Source of the DNA: Chiloscyllium plagiosum
Lineage: Eukaryota
Assembly: GCF_004010195.1 (NCBI RefSeq)
Contig: NC_057751.1
Span: forward strand, 8,685,611 to 8,749,610
Length of the DNA stretch: 64,000 nucleotides
Direction: 5' to 3'
Shown: piece after piece, positions 24,553-37,722 of the stretch
Layout of the letters: every line of letters begins with the position of its first letter
Position numbering within the stretch: position 1 is the stretch's first letter
The notes under the pieces: model-generated
Told to the model about the DNA's origin: nothing
Database searches by the model: none
The model's input: the letters and a program-made list of their open reading frames with translations, nothing else
Program-made: the position numbers and the translations under genes

Positions 24553-25683
24553 CTCATGGAGTGAGCGCAAACTAAGCTCATTTACTGTGCTCAATTGGAA
24601 CGCAAAGAACATGGCTCAAATTCACAAGTAGAGGTGCATTAATTGATGCACTAACCTATCAATATCTCCGTTCACAAATTTTGCAAAAGCCGAAATGATA
24701 AATGATCATTCATGCAGTTCATTTAAGTCCATGACTGTTACAGAATGGTAAATAAGGCTGACAATTTGTTGATAAAAATTCATACCAATATAAATGGTCA
24801 AATAATGGCCCATGAAAATCATCTTGGATTGCGTCTCTCCATGAACCTGCCTGCACCTAAATCTTCTCTGCATTCCTTTATCTGTCTTCTGAACCTGGCT
24901 TCTACAGGAACACAGACAGTAGTCACTTAAAGAGCTCCACCACAGTGCCACAGGGAAAACCCCTTGATTTTTCCTGCAGTAGCTGCTTTCAACGAATGCC
25001 AGATTTCCACTCAAAGTCTAAGTGAAGGAGTAAATGCAGGAGGGCCAGGAGGTGAGAAGAACAGAAGATGTCAAAGCACCAAATGGTCTCAATAGGTAGG
25101 GCGGCAGATTGAGTACACGTGCAGGTTTTTGAGCTCGTCGGGTGTGGTCAGGGTGCTCAGTTGGGGTTCGTGTTTTTGGGAAAGTTGTTCCAGAATGGTT
25201 TGTACCAGGGTTTAGATAAACATTACAGGGTAAGTCTAACTTCTTGTTTTGGTAGGGAATGACATTTGATCAGCAGGATCACTTGGACAAATGACCTGTG
25301 CTTTCTCACATAAAACTAACTTTTAATCAGTCCAACATTACCTGGGTGGCTGCTCAAGGACCGAGTTTTGACTGTCCAAGCTCTCCAATTCTAATTTAGA
25401 GCCAGCGACGTTTGCAGAGGGATGTGGGAGCAAGGGAATCGCCTCTCAGAAGTTTCAGCTCCCCAGCAAAACTCATGGAAGTCAATGCAACAAGTCTTCA
25501 CCTGAATCTAACTGCTCATCTTGGCTTTTATGTCTGGTCTTGAAGAGTCAGGCGATGAGAAGATTTGGGTCAATCTGCCGTTATGGGCTGAAGGATGAAA
25601 ATTGGCCAAGCCATGGGGCAGGGACCAAAGATAACAGAACGATCCTTGCAGCAAGGACGGACAGATAGACCAACCAGCTTTCA

Positions 25684-25795
25684 CAGACACACCCAAAAAT
25701 ATTTTAAACAGTAATTGTTTTATTAGCAGTTCAAGTCAGTAAACCATGTTGTTTTATCAACCTTCCCTTATGGAATAAATCACAAGACCTTTATT
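25684..25795 (-). terminator. Tandem polyadenylation signals
   Basis: Minus-strand AATAAA at 25795-25790 and 25724-25719; the second is followed about 20 nt later by TTTTTGGGTGTGTCTGTG. Confidence 0.55.
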
Positions 25796-27287
25796 AAACA
25801 CAACAATGGTAGAGGGAAGCAAAGTACAAGAGCAGAACCTTAACATCAATGCCATGAAAACACAAAGTACTTTTTTCAGTAAGAATACAGCACAGAATTG
25901 GAGGAGCAAAAAAAAAAGCCAGCAAGACAACATTTCAAAACTACAATGAGTTTCTGAGCATCAAGTCACTGCGGTCAGTTAAGTTTTCAAACTCTCCCAT
26001 CTATGTATTAGAATCATGCAGTGCTAAACTCAAGCAAGCCATAAATGAACATGCTGCCAGCCCACGTAGTGTGTCCAGTCTGAAAAAAAATCAGTTCAAA
26101 CAAGAAAAATACACTTTGAGCTTCCACAGAGGAAGTCAATGGTGCAGTCTGTTGAGATTATGTAAGCAAAATGACATGATTACTGACTCCTTCGCAAGTG
26201 GACCATGTCTCAGAACAGCTGGGAAGAGATCGACAAGCGGTGCAATGATGATAGCCCATGAGCAAATGAAGAACAAGCTTGGTAGTTGGACAATCACTAA
26301 AGTACTATTGTTCTGTTTTTAGGATCACTATCAGCCTTTCTCTCACATATTTAACGGTCTACATTTCTCAGTACAAATCATGCCAGTATTTTATCTATTT
26401 GCACACTTATACACAACTGTTGTATTGAAGAATTCAGATTGGTACTCATACTTGGCAAGCAAATGGTGTTCCAGATACACAGTGAAGACAACTTGTTTTT
26501 ACAGCAGGCACCTCAGAGGCTGCAACCAAGTTACTATCAATGCATCTTGCCATTTTCAACCCTTGTAGTATCTATTTAGAGCTTTTTGATTCAGATTTCC
26601 AGTTTTCTTATCTATAAAATATTCCTCGAAAAACCTAACACCATATTTATCAACAGCTGCATTTTATGTAAATTCAATGAAACTATATTAAGTGCGCATT
26701 GTTGATGATAAAGGCTTCACAAACTGAAATTCAAGGTAACTGAAATATTTGCAGATTGTTACTTGCCACTGTAGAGTACAAACTGAGAGGAAGATATATT
26801 CTGTCACAGAGTGAAGATCACCAGAATTCAACTGGATTAAAACTGTCAGTGATGATAAATGATAATTCAATTTTTGTTTCCTGGAAGCAGCCTAAACTAG
26901 TCAAGTCAGCAACTGTCAAGAGACCACCTTATTCCTCTTTATGTGAGAACTTGATCACTGTTCTGCCATGCAGCTTAAGAATAAACATTGGCAAAAACTC
27001 TATTCTACAACAATCTATAATTCCAGGAAATCACTCCTATCTCCTACAAATCAGGTGGGTGCCAAAGTTCCTTCATCTCTTTAACGTTGTGCATATTTTA
27101 ATGCTGTGCAGGTTTTAAGAATGGGAATATTTGTCTCTTCACTTGTTTCCTTGGCAATAATTGTAATACTGGGAAGGGGGGGTTACACAAACCTAGGATT
27201 GTTTGTCCACAGTAACCGTCACAGGCTCTCAAAAAAAAAGATGAAAAAAAAAGATGATGGCTCTGCCAACCACACCAAAATGAAGAT
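25700..27287 (-). other. DPYSL2: Probable DPYSL2 3' UTR
   Basis: Repeat-free AU-rich sequence after the stop codon, ending at two AATAAA hexamers and a GU-rich downstream element; the end point is inferred. Confidence 0.6.
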
Positions 27288-27379
27288 TCATCCAAGCGTT
27301 GTGATATTTGCATGACCACCAGGAGGCATCACGATGCGTTGGCCAGTACGACGGGGTAGATTGTCGTCTACCTGTGCAC
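27288..27379 (-). CDS. DPYSL2: DPYSL2 coding exon 14 (terminal, stop TGA at 27290-27288)
   Basis: tag|GT; (G)[29 protein letters not shown]; 92 nt. The 14 exons sum to 1719 nt, or 572 aa plus stop. Confidence 0.97.
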
Positions 27380-27691
27380 CTATTGGAAAAAATGGGACAG
27401 AAAAAGTTTTAGACTTCAGAGAGTGGGATACATCAGTCAAGATATTCAATACTCACCACAGCAACCAGCATCTACCCATCCACCCACTCACTGAATGACT
27501 CAAGCATAACATATCAAAAACTTGCTCCCCGCACCACCCCCACGCCCACCCTTTTTCAGTGTTCAACGTTCTGTAGTGGAAAAACAACTTGTTAAAGTAA
27601 ACATTTGTCAAGATCATACAGGATCTCAGAAACTCCAGGAAAGCTCAAGTCATCTTGGCATACAGCAGGCTGTGCAACAGCAAAGCCCAGA

Positions 27692-27924
27692 ACTTTTGCA
27701 CATTCTCCCCGTGTCTGCGTGGGTTTCCTCCGGCTGCTCCGGTTTCCTCCCACAATCCAAAAATGTGCAGGTTAGGTGAATTGACCATGCTAAATTGTCC
27801 GTAGTGTTAGGTGAAGGGATAAATGTAGGAGTATGGGTCTGGGTGGTATATGCTTCGGTGGGTCGGTGTGGACTTGTTGGGCCGAAGGGCCTGTTTCCAC
27901 ACTGTAAGTAATGTAATCTAATCT
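27692..27924 (+). mobile_element. HE1/V-SINE-type SINE, 5'-truncated
   Basis: Central domain TTTGCACATTCTCCCCGTGTCTGCGTGGGTTTCCTCC and tail GGGCCGAAGGGCCTGTTTCCACACTGTA...AATCTAATCT. Confidence 0.85.
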
Positions 27925-28382
27925 TTTATCCAATGCCATTTCATGCTGCAGTGAGCACTTTCTCATTGGGAGCTTTGTTTTGTTGTTGTTAACATTGCTC
28001 ATCTTCAGTAAAGTGGGCACTCTTTTGATTTGTACCTTCTGCCCTCATGATCTGAGATCGAAGTGTCAACAGGTTATGTTTCGCCATTTGCAGACTCAGG
28101 CATTTTCTGGCACAGAATGAATCATGTTACAAGCAGCAATGCAATGTTCCCTTCCTGATAAGTAACCCAGCTTAACTCAACAATGGACAATCCAAAAACA
28201 GCACTCTATCCCTGGCCAGAACACGACTAAGAGACAGGATCAGCGAATACATTCTAAGTCAGTCTGTCTACGACAGCAGAGAGAACTGCATTTCTGGCTT
28301 ACATTATAGGTCACAGACTTAAACAAAAGCAAATATAACTTACTCTACATAACTGATGCATGTCTGATTTAAACACTGATCA

Positions 28383-28625
<243 letters not shown>

Positions 28626-29578
28626 CTAGCAGGGAGAAAATGATGATGTTTAAAAAACCCACATGATCAAGATGTTGACATAACCAACTCTCACATGCAA
28701 TACCCCAAGTGCAGTATTTGAACAAAGGTGATGAAATTAATAAAGTCAATTTCACTTGGAATGGAATTTTAAATCTCAATCTCTTTTTAGAACTTGCAAT
28801 AAAGCAACTGCAAATGGAGCAGGCAGATAAGAGGAGTATTAAAATGTTATTTTCATACAGAGTGAACAACACTTGAAATTTCTCGTGCAAGCACACACGT
28901 CACAGTTTTTGTGCGCGCGCACGCATGCTTGCTGAACACAAGTAGTAAGCCTCTAAAACAATGTTTTGCACAATTCTCCCTTGCTATTATCATTCTGCCT
29001 TCAAAACTACCAAAATGTGGAAGTGATACACACTAGTTCATCTGTCATACATTAGTGTGTGGGGCAGATAAGCAAAACTTGCAACATGCATGCTCAAGGA
29101 TGGGCAGACTGTACTTTGCTTGTACTTTAGAAGCATGTGTGTTTACCTTCCCCATCAGGAGTTGAGCATATCAGATTGGCTGACACACACAATGCACAAC
29201 ATCTTTTAAAACGTTGTGACAGGATCTTGACTGTCCAGTTGATACACCGAAATAGGCCTCAATTAAATGTCTAATCTGAAGGGCATTTTTGCATTGTGCA
29301 CCCGAACAAGTCTCCAATCCAAATGTGGAATAAAACTTGACTACTCCTGTCCAAAAAATAAACAACTTTTGGGGTAAGATTCCAAATCTGAGGTTATCTT
29401 CCAGAAATCCGAAGTTATTACATTTGAACAGGGTACAATAATAAGAATGAATGATAAATAATAAAAATGTTCGAAACCTGAAACAATTCAAGTGGTGGAG
29501 AAGATGCCTGACCTGCTCAATTTCTTAAGCAATTTCTGTTTGTCTTGCCAGGGTAATAACAAATGGATTTTTCGATTA

Positions 29579-30214
29579 CAGAGGAACCTCGATCTTCCTG
29601 ATATCAATTATCCGAAGGGGATCTCAAGGTCCCGACAGAAACATTACGTCGAAGAGCTGTTTCAACCCTGATGGCATCTTTTGTTTATGGATACAACGAT
29701 TAAAAACGAACTTGGTTCACCGAAATACTGCCAAAAGCAGTCCTGGACAGTTCAGGCACCGTCTCTAAACAACTGACCTCCTCTTTCTACCTCCCCACAT
29801 TTACCCTGGAGTTCAACACTGGGGTGTAACCAAAACCCCTCTTCCCCAGATAATGTCTCCAACACTGTCCTGCACAGGGCAAAGGTGGAACCTGTCAAAA
29901 AGTCTGTTTTTTACCCCACAAAGGCAGCAGGTGTCTTACTCTTGGTGTACAGTCAGGGTAGACCGGGGGACGTTGTTGGACGGGGTTGGGGCAGGTGGAG
30001 GGGCGCTCAGGGTTGGGGATGGGGGGCGGGATGGGAGCAGACGTGAGGGAGAAGAGCAGGGTCTCCCACACAGTGTGCTTTTGCCTCGTCTCCTGAACGG
30101 GGAGCACATTTAACAGTTAACTCCGAGCTGCAGAGGAAATCAATTAACCGAATAATCAATTACCCAAACGAAATAGTGCCCGCCCATCTCATTCGGATAA
30201 TTGAGGTTCCTCTG
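29579..30214. mobile_element. Non-autonomous Tc1/mariner-pogo (Tigger-like) DNA element
   Basis: TIRs CAGAGGAACCTC...GAGGTTCCTCTG with TA on both sides (29577-78, 30215-16); no transposase. Confidence 0.8.
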
Positions 30215-30342
30215 TAGACTGAATCACAAAGCTTTGCAATGTCGGAGACATGCACTACCTTAAACAGACATCTTGGCAACAGGGCCTTCAAAGCAGGTCA
30301 TGGAAAAACCATTGTTGTTTGACAATTTAGATGACCAATTAC

Positions 30343-30522
30343 CTTGCTCCTGGCTTTAACCCTCTTGTATACGTAGTCAGGGAATGGTTTCTTGGGGATG
30401 AAGCGTCCAGAGCCTTCAGAAGCATGCACCATGCCATCCTCATAGACAATTTTACCCTGACTTATGACAATCAAGGGTGCCCCACGACACTCCATTCCTT
30501 CAAAAATGTTGTACTCCACTGC
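30343..30522 (-). CDS. DPYSL2: DPYSL2 coding exon 12
   Basis: cag|GCA...AAG|gtaatt; [60 protein letters not shown]; 180 nt. Confidence 0.97.
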
Positions 30523-31709
30523 CTGATTGCAACAAAAGAAATATAGCACAAGATCAAAGGATCATAAGTAATACAGCACAGACCTTCATACAAATCACAT
30601 TAATGCTGCAAAATGCATTCTTCATCCTTGCAGCATTTTCCCTCCTCCCCTAATTCTTCCTGTGATTCAGTTCCTTGGACACAGCAGCCGTCGGCAAACA
30701 TGTGGAATTGGTTGTTCACCATGTCCAAAACAGAGGAGTGAGTACTAGCAATCTTTTTGACCGCGAAAAGCAAGACAGTTGAACATGATTCAATCTTTAT
30801 TCAGCATTCCTGAGCAAGAATATTTCCATTGACGGTCACAACACAGAGATCAGATGCAAGAAATGTGGTCAAATGTTGATCCTCCATATCCCAACTGCCT
30901 ATGAACACCACTGACATCAGTGAAGTCTGACCAAGATAGCTTCTGGCATAGCCGCCTGAACTGTTTCTGCCATCTCCTGTACAGTGCACAAGCTTTTCTG
31001 TTTTGCCTTTTACGCATATGGTCATGCTTATGAAGTTCTAATCTTAGTCGCAAGTCTTTCTTATTGTCTCTCTATTTCAAAATTGCTTACTCACGAAACT
31101 GAGATCTGGAAAGCACTCTGACTCTCAAAGTGGTGGAGCAAGGTTTGAGTGCAGTTTTTGAGTTACAAGAGAAAGCCATCTGGGACTGATGGTAAAAGTC
31201 TATTGAACAGCTGGCACATGTCTGACAGACTTAACTGGCTACATTATTTTATGATCCTATGACAAATAAGAAAAGATTTTCACAAAAATCTCTGGGACAC
31301 AAGCATTTGCTCAAAAGGAGCAAAGTCTAAAATATATCCAAGTGTGCTTTGCTTTCTGCCTCCTGGCTGAAAACGCATCTTATGGAAAAATTTCCATTAA
31401 GTCAACTACCAGATTTGAAGAGTTGGTTATCCAGTTCGTATAACCAACACAGTGAATTTCTGGGCATTTCAACAGCTTTACCAACTTAACTTTAGCGTCA
31501 ACTGCAGCACATGAAATTGTGCTTAAATGATTTCTGCCGTACTAACAAAAGTAATAATCATGGGACAGAAAAAGTTCTGATTCCTGGTCAACATTTACAT
31601 AGGGAGTATTTTGTCCTTTGGTGAAACTAAGACCATTACACACAATTATTTGTTTGCCCTTACAGAACCAGTGACTTGACTGCTGCATTTACTTGAACTT
31701 AAATAATCA

Positions 31710-31886
<177 letters not shown>

Positions 31887-32278
31887 CTATATTGTGACAA
31901 GAAACATTTGCACTGGAAAATACTGCTTGATCACTGGGGATACCACAAAGGCATCCAATCCATCATCTTAGCTTTTAACATACTCCCACTTAATCTAATT
32001 AGTGGACCACCTTATTGCAGTTATATTCCTCATTCCATGAGATAAATACCACCCTATTCAATCACTCATAAAAACAATTGTTGAGAAGGTATACAGTGAT
32101 GAATGTCAATGGCAGTGGAGCACATTCTGCCTTTTAACTTGTGGAACCCTACTCTATTACTCAGCCTGGCCTTGAAGGAGCAAGCTACATCTCAGCAGTT
32201 TCTTGACAAGGTTCTTTCTTAGTTACCTTTTTTCATCATAACCTTTCATAATTCTTTACACAACCATGTAGTACTTAC

Positions 32279-32420
32279 CACAGCTTTATCCCAAACAATG
32301 GACATCCTCTCCTCAATTCCATTCGTACCTTCAGGAATTAGGGTGAAGTCATCCTTCCCTAAAGCCTTCTGAGAGGTGTTGAATGTACAGTGTGCACTGC
32401 CAGTGACCTGCAGATCGCCA
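32279..32420 (-). CDS. DPYSL2: DPYSL2 coding exon 10
   Basis: cag|T...GTG|gtaagt; [47 protein letters not shown]; 142 nt. Confidence 0.97.
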
Positions 32421-32546
32421 CTGTAAATACAGTTAAAAAGTATATACAAGCACTAAAGGTCAACAAGGCTGCTTACTGAATCTACTCAACATACTGACAG
32501 ATAAAACAATTTTATGTTTAAAAGGGCTTTCACTCTGACTGTGGTA

Positions 32547-32878
32547 CAGGTACACAATCCTTTATCTGAAATCCGAAAAGCTTCGAAATCCAAAATTTTT
32601 TTTGTGGAGTACGCAGCGTCATTTTGGTGTGCAAACAGGTGACCCAACTCCACACCCACTCGAACCATGTCACTTAGAAGTGACGTGGCAGTGTGGCCCA
32701 GAACTGGCAGGCGTCAATTGTGTCTCAGGGCTCATACTATTCACACATGCGTCTATTTAGATAATTTTTTTTCAAAATTTTCACTGTGAAAATGTAATTT
32801 ATTCCTAAAACCAAAAAGTTCTGCATTCTGAACAACAACTGGCCCAGATGGATTTCACAAAGAATTGTGTAGTACCTG
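32547..32878. mobile_element. Tigger-like MITE
   Basis: CAGGTACACAATCCTTT...AAAGAATTGTGTAGTACCTG imperfect TIRs with TA on both sides. Confidence 0.75.
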
Positions 32879-33096
32879 TACTAAGCTATGCAGATAAATG
32901 CAATTTACGTGGGTGAAATAATTGCCCAAGACAAAGCTCCAAAGTTTCCAAATTGACTTCAGCTGCGACTTGAGTTTGAAAGAAGTGTCAATAGTTCAAA
33001 TTCCAATTCCCATCAGCCAATGGGCTCACTCGACAAAAAACTTGACTCAACATTTACCTCGGCAGGAGTTAGGGCAAGGCACATCTTAACTGAATA

Positions 33097-33389
33097 GTAC
33101 AGTGGCTCAGTGGTTAGCAAGGACCTGGCTTTGATACCAGCCTTGGGGGAACTGCCTGTGTGGAGTTTGCACATTGTCCCATCGAGTGCGTGTTTTTCCT
33201 CCGGGTGCTCCATTTTCCTCCCACAGTCCGAAGGTGTGCAGGTTAGGTGGATTGGGCATGGGAAATGCAGAGTTACAAAGATAGTTTTTTTGGGGTGGGG
33301 GGTAGATGAGTCTGGGTGGGATGTTCCTTGGAGAGTCGGACCGAACTTGTTGGCCCAAATGACCTGTTTCCACATGGTAGGGATTCTAT
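33097..33389 (+). mobile_element. HE1/V-SINE-type SINE
   Basis: Similar to 3952-4272, with a deletion in the tRNA head. Confidence 0.85.
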
Positions 33390-33499
33390 CACTCGCCTTA
33401 CTGCAGACTGAACCACCTTGACAATGACGCAAGGAAGCAGTACTTTGCAGTCATATACCACTAAGACCATTAGCAGTCGTTCAATGAAAAATACTTCCA

Positions 33500-33900
33500 T
33501 TAAAGTCTGACATCAGAGATTCAATTCTCACTCCACACACTTCAACACAAAATCTGGGCTGACAGTCATAGAAGTCTGGCTGTTCTTGTAGTCTTGGTGT
33601 CTTGTTTTAAACAAATCAACTGTCTACAGTCGACACAAATTATCCTATGACATGGTTTTGAACAAAAATGGCTGAACTGTCTCCAGTGTTCTGGATTACA
33701 TTCTTAAATCAACACCACATTCAAGAGGTGACCTGCTCATCATCACAACTATCTTTGAGGGAACTTGCTGTACCTAAATTGGCTGCTGTAATTTTACATT
33801 TTGACAATAATTACATTTCAAAAGCATTTCTTTGGCTTTAAGTGGATAAATCAGCCCAAGGTTGTCAAAAATTCATACGAATGCAAACATTTCTTTCTTT
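33500..33900 (+). mobile_element. Deu-domain SINE (SacSINE1/AmnSINE1-like), degenerate
   Basis: GGGAACTTGCTGTACCTAAATTGGCTGCTG...TTTCAAAAGCATTTCTTTGGCT...GAATGCAAACATTTCTTT resembles the recalled DeuSINE 3' consensus. Confidence 0.6.
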
Positions 33901-33996
33901 CATCTTCTCAGAAGGGGAAAATAAGAGTCAATAAGCAGCAACAAGATCAGGAATGGGGACAAAGTTGGCAATATTTTTGCTCTGTCTTGGATTATT

Positions 33997-34168
33997 AGAG
34001 TCATAGAGATGTACAGCAGGGAAACAGAGTCTTGGGTCCAACCCGACCATGCCGACCAGGTATCACAACCCAATCTCGTCCCACCAGCCAGCAACCGGCC
34101 CATATCCCTCCAAACCCTTGCTATTCATATACACATCCAACGGCCTCTTAAATCTTGCAATTGTACCA
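33997..34168 (-). mobile_element. CR1 (HER1-like) 3' end
   Basis: AGAGTCATAGAGATGTACAGC...CCCATATCCCTCCAAACCC, similar to 40260-40440 and 45640-45780. Confidence 0.75.
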
Positions 34169-34629
34169 GTTATGGCTCTGAGCAAAATATTTTGCAGGAC
34201 TGTCTGATTGAAGGTTAATGCAACATTTAAGGTTAAAGAACAATCGGCAGAATAACTGGAAGAGAACATGAAAGGAGGTTTGAGTGAAGCTTTTTACCAA
34301 ACACACACACTTCGTCAGTCAACAGTAGCAACTTTCAGCATTTTTACAGTGATCAATAGGCAGTTTCCTTCATCATGTATGGTATAAATCACATTTAAAT
34401 TATGTTCAAGCTTTAGTCTCAACAGCCAGTTGTGATAAACTCTTCATTGCCCGAGTAATTCTGATCATATTTGTTCTTCCCCTCTTAGTCAAGTCTTGCA
34501 TGATATTTTAAATCTTGGCTCATTAATGATTAAGTAGAGAGCATCAAAACCCTTATTGGCCCAAATGCCTTGAATTATGGGTTTTGCTTAATTTGGTCTA
34601 ATGTGTGAATACCTAACTGCTGTTGCTCA

Positions 34630-34884
<255 letters not shown>

Positions 34885-35454
34885 TTATTTAAGACCTGCA
34901 CTGACTGAAATGTACTGCTTTAAATCCACAAACGATGAAATTTGACCTGTCTTGCATGGTACATACTCAGCTTCTTCTTGTACCAGGCACAACCAAGCAC
35001 ATCATGCCAGTTCCTTTTGTTCAATTCTTGGCAAGCAAGGACAAACCGGCTAGTAAGCAGCTAACCAGAGGTCATAGATTTAAAATGATCAGCGAAACAA
35101 CTAGCGAATTCATGAGGAAAAATTTGTTCAGAGAGGGCTGTTCAGACATGGAATATACTGTGTGAAATGTGTTACACTTCTGAGAAACAAAACTTGCCAA
35201 ATTTGTTGTCCACTTACGTACAAAATGATGGAATATGAGACAAAAGTAAACAGCTCTTCTAGAACAGCTTGCAGAGGTGTGACAGGCCAACTGGAATTGG
35301 AACCAGTACATATTGGGAGAACACAAAAATCCAAACTCTTGGTTGGCACAACCAGTCAGGTGCTTTTTTGTCCTTTTTTTTGACATATGGGCTCTTCTTG
35401 CAGCAAATGCACACTCTCACCCTTTGGCTTTCAAAGTCAGCATATTCCCTACAG

Positions 35455-36100
35455 TCAACAGGCTGATCGAGCTGTTAAGAAGGCATACACTGTGTTCACT
35501 TTTATTAGTAGAGGGACCGAGTTTCGAAACCATGAGGTCATGCGGCAGCTGTACAAAACTCTGGTGCGGCCACATTTGGAGCATTGCATGTAGTTCTGGT
35601 CACCACATTATAGGAAGGATGTGGAAGCTTCAGAAAGGGTTCAGAGGAGATTTACTAGGATGGGGGCAGGGGATGGCATGAGGTCTTAGGAAGAAATGTT
35701 GAGGGACTTGAGGCTGTTTTTAATAAGAGGCAAGAAGGTTGAGAGGTGATTTAATTGAAACATGTAAGATAATCAGAGGGTTAGATGGGGTGGACAGTCA
35801 CAGCCTTTTTCCTAGGATGGTGATGGCTAGCTCAAGGGAACATAGCTTCAAATTGAGAGGTGCTAGATATTGGACAGATGTCAGAGGTACTTTGTTTACT
35901 CACAGAGGAGTAGGGGCATGGAACACACTGCCTGCAATAGTTGTAGACTTGCCAACTTTATGGGCATTTGAATGGTCATTGAATAGGCATATGTAGGAGA
36001 ATGGAATAATGTCGGTTAGATGGGCTTCAGATTGTGCCACCCTGTATTGTGGCAGTATAGGACCAAAGGGCCTATACTGCACTGTAATGTTCTATGTTCT
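35455..36100 (+). mobile_element. CR1 ORF2 C-terminus and 3' tail
   Basis: LYKTLVRPHLEHC and RGDLIETCKIIRGLD..SREHSFKLRG..FTHRGVGAWNTLP; tail of TGTTCTA repeats. Confidence 0.9.
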
Positions 36101-36494
36101 ATATCAGTGAAGTGTTGTCATCCATCAAGGGTGGACTTTTTTTCCAGTATACTTAATTTTTACATCATACCTGAATTTTTACTTTTAATATATGACCTGA
36201 AAATGACAAAAAGATTCCACGGCCAGTCTTAGGTACCTGTGACTCTAAAACACAAACTCTAACATTTGTCTTTAATATAGTGCATGACTTTCAAATGTGG
36301 GAACACAATCCAAGGTTCATGAGCTCTGCAAAACTGTTCAGAACCAATTTCTTCTTTAACTGAGTCAATTCAAAATGCTGTCATCTACTGGTGCTGATTG
36401 CTTTGTTAATTTGTGACTCAAACATGTACGAAAATGTATTAAAGGCATCAGTTTGAGGTTATAACGTGCAGTCTAACGAAAAGCACTAAATGAA

Positions 36495-36817
36495 GGGTGG
36501 CTCAGTGGTTTGTACTATTGCTTTAGAATGCCAGGGACCCAGTTTTGGTACAAACCTTGGCAAGTGTGTGTGTGGAGTTTGCACATTCTCCGAGAGTCTT
36601 GATGGTTTTGTCCACATGTTCTGGTTTCCTCACACAGTCCAAATATATGCAGTTGAGATGGACTGGCCATGCGAAACTGCTGAGTGTCCAGCTATATGCG
36701 AGCTCGGTGGATTAGCCATGGGAAATGCAGGGAAACAAGGGTAGGGGAACAGGTATGGGCGGGATGCTTTTCAGAAGGGCAGTGTCCCAAATGGCCTGGT
36801 TCCACACAGTGGATTCT
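36495..36817 (+). mobile_element. Degenerate HE1/V-SINE-type SINE
   Basis: GGTGGCTCAGTGGTT head and TGTGTGGAGTTTGCACATTCTCC core. Confidence 0.75.
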
Positions 36818-37304
36818 AAAATAAGGAACAAGGAATTCTCCTTTTGTGCGGGCCAACATTGAGTCACAGTATTTATCCAAACCCAGATGAATTGATCATT
36901 AATCTTGGGTGCTGGGTTTCGGAGAATGACAGCCACAAGGCTCTTCAAAAGACTTGTGAATTTGGATGTTAACGTATTATTGGGAATTTTTCTCAAATTA
37001 TAATCATATTCAAAAAACTGCTCATTTAAGCACTGCTGTTCAATACAATCCCAATTTTTTATTCAAAAGACAGGCACTGCAGTATCAAGGGCTACCAGCC
37101 AGATATATAACCCATCAATTGGAGTAACAATGCCTGTCGCCCCAAACACCAGGGAAAATGACGAATTCACATGGAAATGACTCTGCTCGATCTTTTTAAC
37201 TCCGGAATTGTACAGCATCAGAGAAGCAATAGGCTTAAGATCAGTGAAAATCCAGCAAACAGGAGTGGAAGAATATGTTCCAGGCTCAAAAGGAAGACTT
37301 AAAA

Positions 37305-37590
37305 GTCAGTTATATAGCATGGAAACAAACCTCTGGTTCAACTCTTCCGTGCCAAACGGAAATCATAAATTGATCGGGACCCATTTGCCACCATTTGGCA
37401 CACATCCCTCTAAACCCATCGTGTTCATGTACCCATCCAAATGCCTTTTAAAATTATGAACATACCCACTTCGACCACTTCCTGTGGCATTTTGATCCAT
37501 GCATGCACCATGCTGTGTGTGAACAAGTTAACCCTTTGGTCACTTTTAAATCTTAACCCCTCTCACTTGAAACCTATGCCCTCTCGTTTT
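37305..37590 (-). mobile_element. CR1 3' fragment abutting the exon 8 donor
   Basis: Reads [11 protein letters not shown] then the typical CR1 3' region; similar to 40260-40540. Confidence 0.8.
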
Positions 37591-37601
37591 GTTCCACTTA
37601 C

Positions 37602-37722
37602 CTTTCTTCCTGGCTTGGGCAATAATATCTGCAGCAGTTTTACTCATCACTTTCGTTACATAGAGGGGGCAGTTGGTTTGATTCGCAATAGTGATGGCCC
37701 GGTTTACTGCTTCTGCTTCAAC
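37602..37722 (-). CDS. DPYSL2: DPYSL2 coding exon 8
   Basis: cag|GTT...AAAG|gtaagt; [40 protein letters not shown]; 121 nt. Confidence 0.97.

Noticed and set aside
1..25600. ADRA1A terminal exon expected from human synteny
   Set aside because: No GPCR TM7 or NPxxY-like sequence was found in the ORF track or by eye.
28909..28928. Alternating purine-pyrimidine run (TGTGCGCGCGCACGCATGC), possible Z-DNA
   Set aside because: Too short and isolated to support a functional claim.
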